Counted from the first letter of the stretch, positions 27,328 to 39,327 are shown. The stretch is 64,000 nt of DNA from Octopus vulgaris (GCA_951406725.2 OX597821.1:90520001-90584000), one strand, 5' to 3'. Translations and numbers: made by a program. The notes: a model not told the origin generated them from the letters alone.

Positions 27328-27520
27328 TGTATGGAAGAGGACAGCTGCATAAAGAAGTGTCAAACACTAATTATGAGGAATACCTGTTGAAGGAGTAGAC
27401 CCACAAAGATGTGGGATGAAGTGGTGAGAAACAATCTTCAGACACTGGGCCTCACTAAAGAAATGACTAGGGACTGGGGGATGTGGAAATTTGCAGTACT
27501 TGATAAGATGTGTTAAGCAA
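27328..27520 (+). mobile_element. RTE LINE 3' fragment
   Basis: GAGGACAGCTG...AAGAAGTG...AGATGTGGGATGAAGTGGTGA is homologous to 41785-41950. Confidence 0.65.
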
Positions 27521-27859
27521 AGTGAAATCGTTGTCTTCCACACATATAGGCTTGTCGTTCAGGTACTGGTGCCACTTTAAATTGTTTAGTTTTGAAACAG
27601 TAATATGTGAGTCACTTTATTATTCTATTAAAGAATTCCATTCCTGCTGGTTTTATGTTCCAAGTTCAAATGCCACCGAAGTCAACTTTTCCCTTTCATC
27701 CTTTTGGGGGGGGGTCAATAAAATAAGTACCAGATGAGCAGTGGGGTCGATGTAATCAACTTCCCTTCTTCTAAAAACTGCTGGCCATGGGCCAAAAAGT
27801 AAATGAATTATTACATTGAAGAACGTTTGGCATCCTGCCTTCAATTTTAATGTCTCGAA

Positions 27860-28160
27860 ACGGTGCATTTTCACAAATCTAAATTTCCCTGGATAATCCT
27901 TCTCAATAAACACCTTCCCAGTTTTGAACCCATTTCATTGAGATCTTCTCTTGTTAAGATCCTCATCTCTAGTGTCACTATATTAAGCTTCAACATTTTA
28001 TGCTCATACCTTAATTCCATTTCAATGAGTGTCCTCATAGTTTGGAATTCTTTATTAAGATGCTCGTGCAACCATCTCATTTCTTGTGTAGTTACATCAT
28101 CTTTGATCAATTTTATCCTCTTAGTTAAATCTAAACCTAGTACATCAATGAGATTACTTC
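27860..28160 (-). pseudogene. Possible N-terminal ORF relic of the Penelope-like element at 24.8-25.9 kb
   Basis: Open, charged, helical-looking frame (LIEMELRYEHKMLKL) on the same strand upstream of the RT relic; no diagnostic motif. Confidence 0.3.
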
Positions 28161-28277
28161 ATTAATATGATAAGGATCTACTCTGAAGAATTATCATTAT
28201 ATAAAATGCTTATATTAATTTTATACATACATGTGTGTGTGTGTATAAATACACACACATATAGAATGACAGATACA

Positions 28278-28355
<78 letters not shown>

Positions 28356-28809
28356 ACAAGAGTGACAGACAGACAGATACATACGTGTGTATGTGCTTGT
28401 GTGTCTGTGCATACATATATTATAAGCAATATCATATGATGTCTTGTATTTCTGAATTTCTGCGATGATGTATTAAGTTTAGATTAAATAAGCAATTCCT
28501 CTCCTTTGGCAGACTTAAAGCTGAAAGATTTTAAAATTTTCTTGTTTCCCTTTCTTTCAGCTCATTTAACATTATGTAAAGTTATCTGACTCCTGCAGAG
28601 ATACCACTGTAGTTCCCTTTATAAACAAAGCTTATGGAAAACAACCCTAACTTGGGGATTGTATGAAATTCCTTGTGGTACTCTTATAACTGATAATGAA
28701 TTTGGAGGTTATATATATTTTCAAAAGAAATTGAAGAACCTAGAGAAAATATCAAGGAAAGCAGTTAGATATTTCAAATATAGATAACTGACATAATATA
28801 TAAACAAAT

Positions 28810-29250
28810 GAGCACAGCTGTGTAAAGAAATACTGATCTCTAACTGTGAGGGAACCTGTGGAAGTGGTCAATCCAGGAAGACATGGGACGAGGTGGTGAA
28901 GCATGACCTTTGGATGTTAGGTCTCACAGAGGCCATGGCAAATAATCAAGATCTTTGTTGATTTGCTGTGCTTTTGAGAAGATATGTCAAGTCACCAGAA
29001 ACTGTGGTATTGGCCAGTGCCAGTGATGCATAAAAGACACCCGTGCTGGTGACATATAAATGACATTCGTGCCAGCAACATGTAATAGGCACCCACTACA
29101 ATCTTGGAGTGGTTGGTGTTAAGGAAGGGTATCTAGTCATAGAAACCAAGCCAAATCAGATTGGTGCCTAGTACAGCTCTCTGGCTTACCAGTCCCATTC
29201 AAATCGTCTAACCTATACCAGCATGGAAAAAGGACACAAAATGATGATGA
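28810..29250 (+). mobile_element. RTE LINE 3' end with (GAT)n tail
   Basis: Matches 41790-41960 and ends AAATGATGATGA. Confidence 0.8.
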
Positions 29251-29544
29251 ACCTGGTTATTTACTCTGCTAGAAATAGCAGCCAAATATCCTTTAAGTCA
29301 TGTTGACTTTTTAAAAAAATGGAAATAAATTGAATTATATAAACCTAAATATAATGTCTGAAGACATATGGTCTGATGACAGGTTATTTGAATACTGAAT
29401 CAGGGATAATTGAAGGTTCACAAACATAGTAAGAATTGGCATAATCAAAACCACTTCTTACTCTTTTATCCTGCCCCAAACATGATTCATCATTAGAAAT
29501 TATATTTAAACCATGTTGCTGTTTGCTCCTTCTTGAGCCATGCC

Positions 29545-29815
29545 TGGCTCAAGAGGGCTGGTTTCCCAGTTTCCCTCTCCCTACCTGGACAGAATGCTGG
29601 TTTGTCACAGATGAGCTGCTAGATGCAGGAAGAAAGAATAAAAGAAAGTTGTGGCAAAAAAAGTCAGCAGAAGATCACCTTATCCTTCTGCTGGAGCTGT
29701 GTGGAGCTTAAGTGTTTTGCTCATAAACACACACATCATCTGGTCTGAGATTCGAACCCACAATCCCTCGATCACAAGTCTGCTACTCTAACCACTAGGC
29801 CATGTGCCTCCACAT
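29545..29815 (-). mobile_element. SINE family E-like copy
   Basis: Minus-strand head GTGGAGGCACATGGCCTAGTGGTTAGAGTAGC with B box GGGTTCGAATCTC; inverted relative to 29957-30255. Confidence 0.75.
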
Positions 29816-29956
29816 ATTTAAACCTTAATCATCTTAAATGAAAATAACATTCAGTGTCAACTGATGGATATACTCATAAACAACATGGCCCTCACTGCTT
29901 TCTAACATGTGGAGGCATTTCACATAAATTATTTGTAGAATATCATTACTTTCCCC

Positions 29957-30255
29957 TGTGGTAAGGGCAGTGGACTCGTGGTTGGGGGGATCGTGGTTTT
30001 GACTCCCAGACCTGGTGTTGTGTGTGTTTATTGAGCGAGAACACCTAAAGCTCCACAAGGCTCAAGCAGGGGGTGGTGGTGACCCCTGTTGTACTCTTTC
30101 ACCCCAACTTTCTCTCTCTCTCTCTCTGTCTTCCTGTTTCTTGAGTAATGCTGCGATGGACTGGTGTCCCGTCCTGCTGGGGGGGGGGGGGCACATATGC
30201 CACAGAAACCGAGAAACTGGGCCTATGAGCCTGGCTAGGCTTGAAAAGGGTGCAC
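29957..30255 (+). mobile_element. SINE family E-like copy with V-domain motif
   Basis: GTGGTAAGGGCAGTGGACTC head, GCGATGGACTGGTGTCCCGTCC and tail GGCTAGGCTTGAAAAGGGTGCA. Confidence 0.75.
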
Positions 30256-30336
30256 AAATAAATAAAATAATTATTACTTTCAATATATTTTTAACATCGC
30301 TGTTGCTGAAAGCATTTTGGAACGTATCTTGTTTAA

Positions 30337-30564
30337 CCCTTTTGATACCAAACTGGCTGAAACCACCTCTGGCTCTGTAGTACAAATGTTTTGTTTTCAA
30401 AAGTTCTGAATTAAAATCTTCCACCAAACCTTAGTCACAATTAGTCACTAGCTTAATGATAGTTAAGTTATTTTACTAAATTCTTTGTTATATTCAAAAT
30501 TAATTGCAAGAAAGACAGAGCATCTCAGCAGAAATAGGGCAACAGAAATATGGTAACCAAAGGG
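30337..30564. mobile_element. piggyBac-type MITE
   Basis: TTAA|CCCTTTTGATACCA ... TGGTAACCAAAGGG|TTAA: TTAA target-site duplication and CCC/GGG termini. Confidence 0.85.
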
Positions 30565-30754
30565 TTAAAGAGGAATCCATCTTGTTTAAAGGGTAACCTA
30601 TCTCTCAATCATTTTCTCTCACCTCACAATTTTTATTGCGGCTTATTCTGCTGTTGCTTTTTTGTTGCTGTTGTTATCATTATCATTATCATCCTCGTTG
30701 CCGCTGTCATCATCGCTGTCACCATCACTGTCATTGACGTCATCATCATCATCA

Positions 30755-30771
30755 GTTTCTTCTTTTCCCTT

Positions 30772-30851
<80 letters not shown>

Positions 30852-31420
30852 TCCTTCTCCTCCTCCTCCTTGATCTCTTTTTTCTTCCCCACCTCTTCTT
30901 CTTCCTCCTTCTATTTGTTCTTCTTTTCCCTTTCTTCTTCTCTTCTTCTTCTTCTTCCTCTTCCTCTTCTTCTTCTTCTTCTTCTTCTTCTTCTCCTTCT
31001 CCTCCTCCTCCTTGATCTCTTTTTTCTTCCCCACCTCTTCTTCTTCCTCCTTCTATTTCTTCTTCTTTTCCCTTTCTTCTTCTCTTCTTCTTCTTCTTCT
31101 TCTTCTCCTTCTCCTCCTTCTCCTTTTTCTCCTTCTTCTCCTTCTCCTCCTCCTTGATCTCTTTTTTCTTCCCCTCCTCCTTCTCTTTCTTCTTCTTTTC
31201 CCCTTCTTCTTCTCCTTCTTCTTCTCTTTCTCCTCCTCCTCCTTTTTCTTCTTCTTTTCCCCTTCTTCCTCTTCTTCTTTTTCTTCTTCTTCTCTTTCTC
31301 CTCCTCCTCCTTCTTGATCTCTTTCTGCTTCCCCCTCCTCCTTTTTCTATTTTTTTCCCCTTCTTCCTCCTCCTCTTCTTCTTCTTTGTCTTTTTTCTTT
31401 CTCCTCTCTCTTCCATTTTT
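30755..31420. repeat. Polypyrimidine (CTT/CCT) tract with a 142-bp higher-order period
   Basis: TTGATCTC recurs at 30870, 31012, 31154 and ~31314; it produces spurious poly-E/K/R ORFs. Confidence 0.92.
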
Positions 31421-32133
31421 TCAAATTGTTTGTAGTATATGAAAGAAAACAAACAAACAAACCAAATGTGTGTATAAATGTAAACAAAACAAATATATAT
31501 ATATTTTTTTTTATTAGAAGCGTTAAAATGTGTATTGTATGATACAAATAAGAAGATAATATTTTTTGGAATGCAAGTCAAGTCAAATCACATCTCTACT
31601 ATTCTAACGGCAACTCTGTGTTCTAAAAAAATATTATCATCTTATTTGCATCATACAAAACAAGTAAAATTATATCTAACCCCTTTTCAATTCAAGTTTT
31701 TCTGTGTCTATTCTTTTTCTGAACCTCAGTAGTCAACTAGAGATAGAATGCTTAACTCTAGTTTTTACAGTATTAAAAAAAAATTAAGCGAACATCATTG
31801 CTCTGTAAAGAAAAACAGTTTAGTTTTCAACAACAGTATGAAGAATTGAATTTAGTATTGAAAACTTATAGGGAATCTTGTCCAATTTACAAAATATCCC
31901 CTGCTCACAGAAGAGAGCTTAGGGTACACATGCCTGTGTTATGTGGTTGTGGAGGTGATGCAGAGATGACAGGACATTTACTCTGTCTGAAATTTGTCCC
32001 TTACCCACAGACACAATGACAATATTTCAGCAATAAATCCCATTAACTCATCAGCAACTACAGCATAGTTTGTCCTTCAGAGCTGGTTGGTCTCTTACCA
32101 CCTCTACTCAGGGATTCCTCCCTCTCAGCCTTA

Positions 32134-32210
<77 letters not shown>

Positions 32211-32415
32211 TGTGTGTGCCATTCCCTGTTTTTTTTTTCCATAATGTCAACTTAATTGAATTCAGTCACTGCTCATATATATTGACTTAAAGTTGTCAGC
32301 TTGTAATTACGGGGTGTCCCTAAAGTCTGGACACACAGGAAATCTCATTAAGCATATCTTTTAACCTATATAGTTTATATGTTTATATTTAATATATTAT
32401 ATTTTACCTATATTA

Positions 32416-32770
32416 GACGTAGGAGTGGCTGTGTGGTAAGTAGCTTGCTTACCAATCACATGGTTCTGGGTTCAGTCCCACTGCATGGCACCTTGTGAGT
32501 GGGTTTGGTAGGCAGAAACTGAATGAAGCCCGTCGTATATATGTATGTATGTGTGTGTATATGTATGTTTTTTTTTATCCCCCCAACATCACTTGACAAC
32601 TGATGCTGGTGTGTTTATGTGCCCGTAACTTAATGATTCGGCAAAAGAGACCAGTAGAATAAGTACTAGGCTTACAAAGAATAAGTCCTGGGGTTGATTT
32701 GTTTGACTAAATGCGGCACTCCAGCATGGCCACAGTCAAATAACTGAAACAAGTAAATGAGTAAAAGAGT
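32416..32770 (+). mobile_element. SINE family A (internal deletion) nested in the Tc1 element
   Basis: Head GGAGTGGCTGTGTGGTAAG through tail GAGTAAAAGAGT. Confidence 0.88.
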
Positions 32771-33055
32771 ATATCTCCCCAGATTAAATTTTGGCTTTGT
32801 CAAAAGAAAAAAAAAATTTGGACTGGTACATCTCAGTGGATATGAAAGATGGTCATGACGAAAGACTGCAGATGTTTTAATGTACATCATTCAGTGAGGA
32901 CTCTGCTTGGTTTTTCTACGGTGGCAAAGGTGGTCAAAAACTATAAAGAAACAGGTAATGTCATGGACGAACCCCTTTCCTGATGGCCAAATGTACTGGA
33001 TGACATGAAAGAAATTGTCATGGCTAAAATTTATGCTAGCCCCCAAAAATTACTT

Positions 33056-33443
33056 CACAGCCGGTGGCACATAAAAAGCACCATCTGAACGTGGCCGTTG
33101 CCAGCGCCGCCTTGACTGGCTTCTGTGCCGGTGGCACATAAAAAGCACCATCCAAATGTGGCCGTTGCCAGCGCCGCCTTGACTGGCTTCTGTGCCTGTG
33201 GCACATAAAAAGCACCAACCGATCGTGGCCGATGCCTGACCCCCCTGGCACCTGTGCAGGTGGCACGTAAAAAGCACCCACTACACTCGCGGAATGGTTG
33301 GCGTTAGGAAGGGCATCCAGCTGTAGAAACACTGCCAGATCAGACTGGAGCCTGGTGCAGCCCCTGGATTCCCAGACCCCGGTCAAACCATCCAACCCGT
33401 GCTAGTGTGGAAAATGGGCGTTAAACAATGATGATGATGATGA
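33056..33443 (+). mobile_element. RTE 3'-tail element with internal ~67-bp tandem units and a (GAT)n tail
   Basis: GTGGCACATAAAAAGCACC repeated about four times, then GGAAGGGCATCCAGCTGTAGAAAC and GATGATGATGAT. Confidence 0.88.
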
Positions 33444-34592
33444 GGGTATCATATTGAGTTGTGTGTTCCCAAAAGAACCTTCACTCCTATCTTAAAAGAG
33501 CAAAAGTTTTATCCATACAAATTACAAATCTTGCATCACTTAACAGGATGACCCTGATAAATGACTTAAGATGTGTGAATGGTTTTCCAATAAATTGGGT
33601 GGAAACAACCATTTTACTGAAGACTGTGTATAGTTTAGCAATGAAGCTTTGTATTATGTGAATGGTAAGTTTAACATTTAGAACGTTTGATACTGGTCAC
33701 AAAGTAATCTTCATTGGGTGAACCATTCGCAACAGCAAAGAGTGCAAAATATCATGGTTTGGGGCCATTTTTCTTCAATCAACATATAACTGGTGAGACT
33801 TACCTCATGTTGAGAGACCAGTTAATGCCCCAACTTGAAAGGCTAGGTAAAGGACCCCTTGAGTGGTTCCAACAAGATGACACCCCTGCCCATTTCACCA
33901 CAGTGGTAAAAGATTGGCTGAATGGCAATTTCCCTAACTAGATTGGAATATGTGGTCAAGTGGAGTGGCTTCCTCGTTCACCAGACCTTTGCCCATTTGA
34001 CTTCTTTTTCCGGGGTATGCTAAAGGAGAAATTCTACTCAATGAAAATCACAGTTGCAACACACTTGATGAAACACATAATGAGTGAATCTGCTCAAATT
34101 GACAGCAGTGCAGAGTTATTGTATCAGATTCATGTAAACCATGCAAAGCACATCGACTGTTGCATCACAAATGGTGGAAATCATATTGAAGATGTTATTT
34201 GTTAATATTCCAACTGAATAAGATGTTGTTGAAAATTTTATTGCCTTCTTTGAAAATATACATTTTACCTATGTGTCCAGATCTTAGGGACACCCTGAAG
34301 TCATCAAAAAGCAATATTAACCACATAGTCTCAACACTCTTAGATGGCCTGGTAAATGCCACGAGCATCTACTTCCTTTAAACAAACTTAAGAGAACAGA
34401 TGTCATGCATTCAACACAAACTAATCCCTCTATGTCATACATCTCTAGCTGTGACAAGATCAGCAGGTGCTCAGAATCTAATGGTAGATCTGGTTTTGGC
34501 CTCATCAACTTATCAGTCATGTATGATGTTATCAAGCCTAAAGTATATGAAAGTATATACACATAACACGAAATGATATACATCTCACTTAC

Positions 34593-34652
34593 AGTTACAG
34601 TTCTGGTGTGATCAGGTGATCTCGGTGTAGAAGTTGGTGGTGATTTATCTCC
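34593..34652 (-). CDS. Candidate internal coding exon, 60 nt, phase 0/0: GDKSPPTSTPRSPDHTRTVT
   Basis: Minus-strand acceptor CTTATTTATATTCCTAGCAG and consensus donor GTAAGTG; frame-preserving, only one frame is open, S/T-P rich. The protein is not recognised. Confidence 0.4.
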
Positions 34653-36733
34653 CTGCTAGGAATATAAATAAGAGTGCATTTTGCACCAAATGCCAATATG
34701 AATTTTCTCTCATGGTATCTACTGCTGTATAGCTTGTTCTAACAGAATGCCCACATTTAAGTAGGTATAAATATTACCTCTTGGTACTAAACCTACCTCT
34801 GTCATTAATATATATATTTTCACGCTATGAAGATCCACTTCAGTAAAATATAATTCCCTTAACATGTCATGGAATAGAATATGACACAAATATCAGCATA
34901 GATTCAGTCTTCAATCCTGGATAATGCCAATAATAAATAGATATGCATGGAAACACAAACACAAACACATTTATTCATAAACATACATATAGGTTCATAT
35001 ATACACATTCATTTCGTCAGATGCATACAAACACACAGACATAGGACAGAGAATGTTAATCAAAACACAACCAAAATTATTATTCCGAAATGAAGACTTC
35101 AATAGCATTGGCAATTAGACATAGAGAGAACATTGACAAGAATGATAATTGTTGAAAGAATATTTCTATGAATATATATCCGAAGATATGTGGTATCTGA
35201 AGTATGGATTCTGATTGCAATAGTTAACTTGAAAGCTTAGAGTCTATCATTCTGATTGCCATTTCTCATCAGTAATGTCGCACACCTACAAAGAGATATG
35301 ACACTTTAGCATTGCAAGTTCGAAGTTCTTTAATGTCTTCAAACACAACATTGTTGTTTTTATTGCTGTTGTTGTCACTGCCGTTGTCCATTGGAGATAG
35401 CGAGAGTATTAGTGCATGGTCGTGAAGGTGGCAGTGGCTGTGGGGTTATTGTTGTTGTTGTTGTCGTTGTGGTTGTTCTTGTTGTTGTTGCTACTATGAA
35501 ACTGTTACTTTTCCGAAGTTTCACAACAGAGAGAAAAGGTGAGAAGTTGAAATGTTATTGAAAAAGTGACAAGATTGGTCTAAAGTGTGTGTATGCATAT
35601 GTATATTCATCTGTGTGTGCATGTGTGATTGTATGTGTATGTGTGTGTGTGTGTGTGTGTGAGAGATTATGATTATGCATCATTCATTTATCTTTCTCAT
35701 TTCCCTATATATACACACTCATACATATATGTATATATGTGTGTATATATACATATATATATATATATACACAAATAATATATACATACATATAGAGAGA
35801 CACACGTATATGTGTGTGTGTATATATATACATCATATATATACTTAGAGAGAAAGAGAATGAAAGAGAGAGATGTGTGTGTATACATACATATATACAC
35901 ATATATACACGCATATTCACATAGATATGTAAATATATATATATATACACACTCACACACATACACACACACACCATACATTCATATACACATACATACA
36001 CACATACAAACACACACACATACACAGATACACCTATCTCACAAGCAGATTTCGGGAGTGATTGACTGTACTATAGAGAATTCTATCACCAACGTTAGCC
36101 ACATCAAAGAATTCCATTGATTCCTGAAAACTATTCATAGGCAAAGAATGGTCTTCCATAAAAGATAATTACTTCAGATAAATTGGTGATCAGCATTAAA
36201 AGAAATAAGAACAGTCTCCACAGATTCTTTGTTTGCGTGTCAGTCTTTGGAAATTGAGGAATCAAAGTCTATGTTTGTGCTTCATTCACACTGTGAACTT
36301 TGAGAGAGAGGGAGAAGAGAAAAAGAGAGAGGCAGAAGTGGGTGGGAGGGAGGAATAGCGGGGAAAGAGTGATGACTAGGTCTCTAGCTCTGTGATTATT
36401 CCTAGTGGAATATAAGAGTTACGAGAGTTGTCTGGTCATATTTATTTGTGAGGTTTTAGATTTTTAAACAAAGATCTATAGGCTGGAAAGTTTTTGAACA
36501 CCCTGTCTGTACAGTGTTCTGGTGATTATTTTTTGTCTTGTTGTTTGGCCCTATGTCAGCCACTTTAGGTGGTACACCTTATATACAGTCATGTTCAATA
36601 CCACCATCTAATTCTTGAATGCGTAAATGAAGTTTCCTTTGCCACAGTCATTCAAACAATTTTAAATTCCTACTTGGTTTAAGTTTCATTTTCACAGTCA
36701 CATTGACCAGTAAGTATTCAGGCTGAGAAACAG

Positions 36734-37035
36734 CATCATCATCATCATCGTTTAACGTCCGTTCTCCATGCTAGCATGGGTTGGACGGTTCGACCGGGGA
36801 TCTGGGAAGCCAGGAGGCTGCACCAGTCTCCAGTCTTACCTGACAGTGTTTCTACGGCTGGATGCCCTTCCTAACGCCAACCACTCCGTGAGTGTAGTGG
36901 GTGCTTTTTACGTGCCACCTGCACTTGAGCCAGGTGAGGCTGGCATAGGCCACGGTCGGATTGGTGCATTTTACATGCCACCTGCACGGAAGCCAGTCGA
37001 GGTGGCACTGGCTTCGGCCACGATTCGGATGGTGT
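36734..37035 (-). mobile_element. RTE 3'-tail element
   Basis: (CAT)n followed by the reverse complement of the 33056-33443 family. Confidence 0.88.
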
Positions 37036-37633
37036 GAAAATAATCAAATGAAAATCCCCAATTTAGCAGTCTCCTCCAAAGACTAATTGACCACACTCTA
37101 TGCTCAGACTTCTTTGTTTGTCTACAGAGGAAAGTAAGTAACATCAACAATTGCGTGCTCAGATTTTAGGCTGAACCAATTTGCTTGTGAATGAAGGAAA
37201 GTAATACCCACGATCATTGCATGCTCTGTTTACAGACTGGTCACTTTAGTTTTAGAAGGCAGATGGTACCTAGAACCATTACAGGCCCTGCTCTTAGACT
37301 TTGGAAAAGAGTAAGAATTGTAATCTCTATTCTCAGATTGGTCACATATTTTGTAATAGAGTGCCTACAACTATTAGCTGCTCTGCTCCCAGACTGATGA
37401 CAACATCCTTCTGAATATTTCAAACCTCATTTTACTTGAAGTTGAAGCTGTTGTGGTTCATGCAAAATTGAATTTCTTTTGGGGCAGACACGACAAAAAT
37501 ATATTTCGCCTAGTCTTTACACTATTAAGTGGATGAGAAAAAATATTACACTCTAAAATATTGTATAGAGGTATGATAGGATATATAAAATATATAAGAA
37601 GAGAATACAGTCCTATATTTAAAAGATGAAGGA

Positions 37634-37738
37634 ATTATGTACATTATTTACATTTGATGGATATTTATCCTCATCTTTGTTGTTAACAATATACAAAATG
37701 AGGACAAATATCTGTCAAATGTAAATAATGTATATAAT
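37634..37738. repeat. Hairpin with 41-bp inverted arms
   Basis: 37634-37674 versus 37698-37738 show four differences, three of which are G:U pairs on the + strand. Confidence 0.9.
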
Positions 37739-38479
37739 GTAATAGAACTATATGTATGCATCAATAGTTCAGCTGTGTTGTATCATATATATGACATCAT
37801 GATATAGGTGTGTTGTATGATATTGTCATTGTTGTTGCTACAGTTGTCATTATCATTGCTTTCACAGGTGAAAGTGAGAATAATATCAGAAGTTATATTA
37901 GTAGTATCAAATCTACCTTGATTACATAGACTTATTATATAGGTCTACATTATTCACTATGCTATTCCTCTCTTAATATGATCAAGGATAATTTCAGAGA
38001 AGTTGGTTACAATTTCTAGTATAGGGAGCAACTATCTAGAGGCACTCTTACTAGTTTTTAGTATCAAGAGTATGAAATTTTGCCACAGGTATATTGTATC
38101 ATGTGTATGATATTACAGTGTATTTTATACTACTGTGTGAGCAATTCTGATGTTTGGACATATTGCAGCATGTAAATAATAGTACAGTTTGGATGGATAA
38201 TATATATATAATATTGTGGTATGACTCATGTGCAGGATATTGCAATATGGATAAATAGTATCATGTGTTCAATTTATTTTGGTGTGACTGTGTAATATCA
38301 TTGTCATAATGTGTAGCACTGTATATATAATATGGTATTATAGATGTATTTATCATGTATATGACATTAAAATATGGATGTGTGTGTTCTCTTTATGATA
38401 CAATCTACTTAAAATCTACTTTTCGTATGTAGATTGTCTAAATGTATAGTATTCTATATGTGTTAATTCAAAAATCTAA

Positions 38480-38695
38480 GAAAAAGACAAGAAAAAAAGC
38501 AAGAATAAAACAACAACGGGAAAATGTAGCACATGTAAAGTATTAATAAGATACTCAGAGAAAGAAAAGAGTGGTTGTTTTATGTTTTGAGCTTAGCTCT
38601 TCTTCGGAAACAAGAAACATAGGAAAGTCCAAAAGGAAAGGAGGAAGGAGGCAAAATATTGCCAATAGTCCACATGTTGTAACATTTTTGAAATG
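38480..38695 (-). mobile_element. Diverged copy of the 12838-13050 hammerhead-bearing element
   Basis: Colinear ACAACAACG...AGTATTA...CTCAG...GTTTTGAGCTTAGCTCTTCTTCGGAAAC...ACATTTT; the ribozyme core is mutated. Confidence 0.7.
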
Positions 38696-39218
38696 AGCGG
38701 AGGTAGAAGGACAAAGAGAAAGTATTCTACATATGATTGTGTGGTACACACTTGATATTCCAGTAGATTGTTAGCACACAGCACATTGAGTGTAATATTG
38801 TAATATGGATGCATAATAATACACATGTATACACACATAGATATATATATATGTGTGTGTGAGTATTTAACTGTCAATAATCAATATGGCTTAGATATTA
38901 GTTTTAAAAATATGTTTAATAGCAATTATAAATAGTTTGTAGTAAATAAACTAAAACCCTTACAATAAAAATGTTTTGTATAAATAATGTCTAATTTTTA
39001 ACATCTAATCTCCTCTATTTATGAAAAATATGATTAAATTTGTTCAGCTTTGTTTCATAAGTTAGATCATATACTAAATATACTTATATAAATTTATATA
39101 TCTACACTAATTTACACCAGTAAATTAAAGTATGAAGAAACAACTTTAGAAATCTTTTGGAAACTACTCAAATAAAAGGACGAATTCGCATTCAACCCTT
39201 TTAAACATATAGAATATA

Positions 39219-39289
<71 letters not shown>

Positions 39290-39327
39290 AATTTTATAAT
39301 TATGATATATATATATATGTATGTATA

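Larger units (their letters stand above)
32310..34297 (+). mobile_element. Decayed full-length Tc1/mariner DNA transposon with nested SINE A and RTE-tail insertions
   Basis: TIRs TA|CGGGGTGTCCCTAAAGTCTGGACACACAGG and CCTATGTGTCCAGATCTTAGGGACACCCTG; transposase motifs GPFFF, WFQQDDTPAH and EWLPRSPDLCPFDFF, with stops and frameshifts. Confidence 0.88.

Noticed and set aside
28530-28700. Strong plus-strand acceptor TTTCCCTTTCTTTCAG as a coding exon start
   Set aside because: All three frames hit stops within ~30 nt and there is no clear donor; it could only be non-coding.
30643-31581. 312-aa K/R/E-rich ORF and overlapping long ORFs
   Set aside because: These are translations of a CTT/CCT polypyrimidine repeat that lacks stop codons in several frames; there is no coding signature.
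34865-34887. Seed-like matches to conserved miRNAs (miR-281-like here, miR-71-like at ~40514)
   Set aside because: The similarity stops after about 10 nt and there is no precursor-length hairpin.
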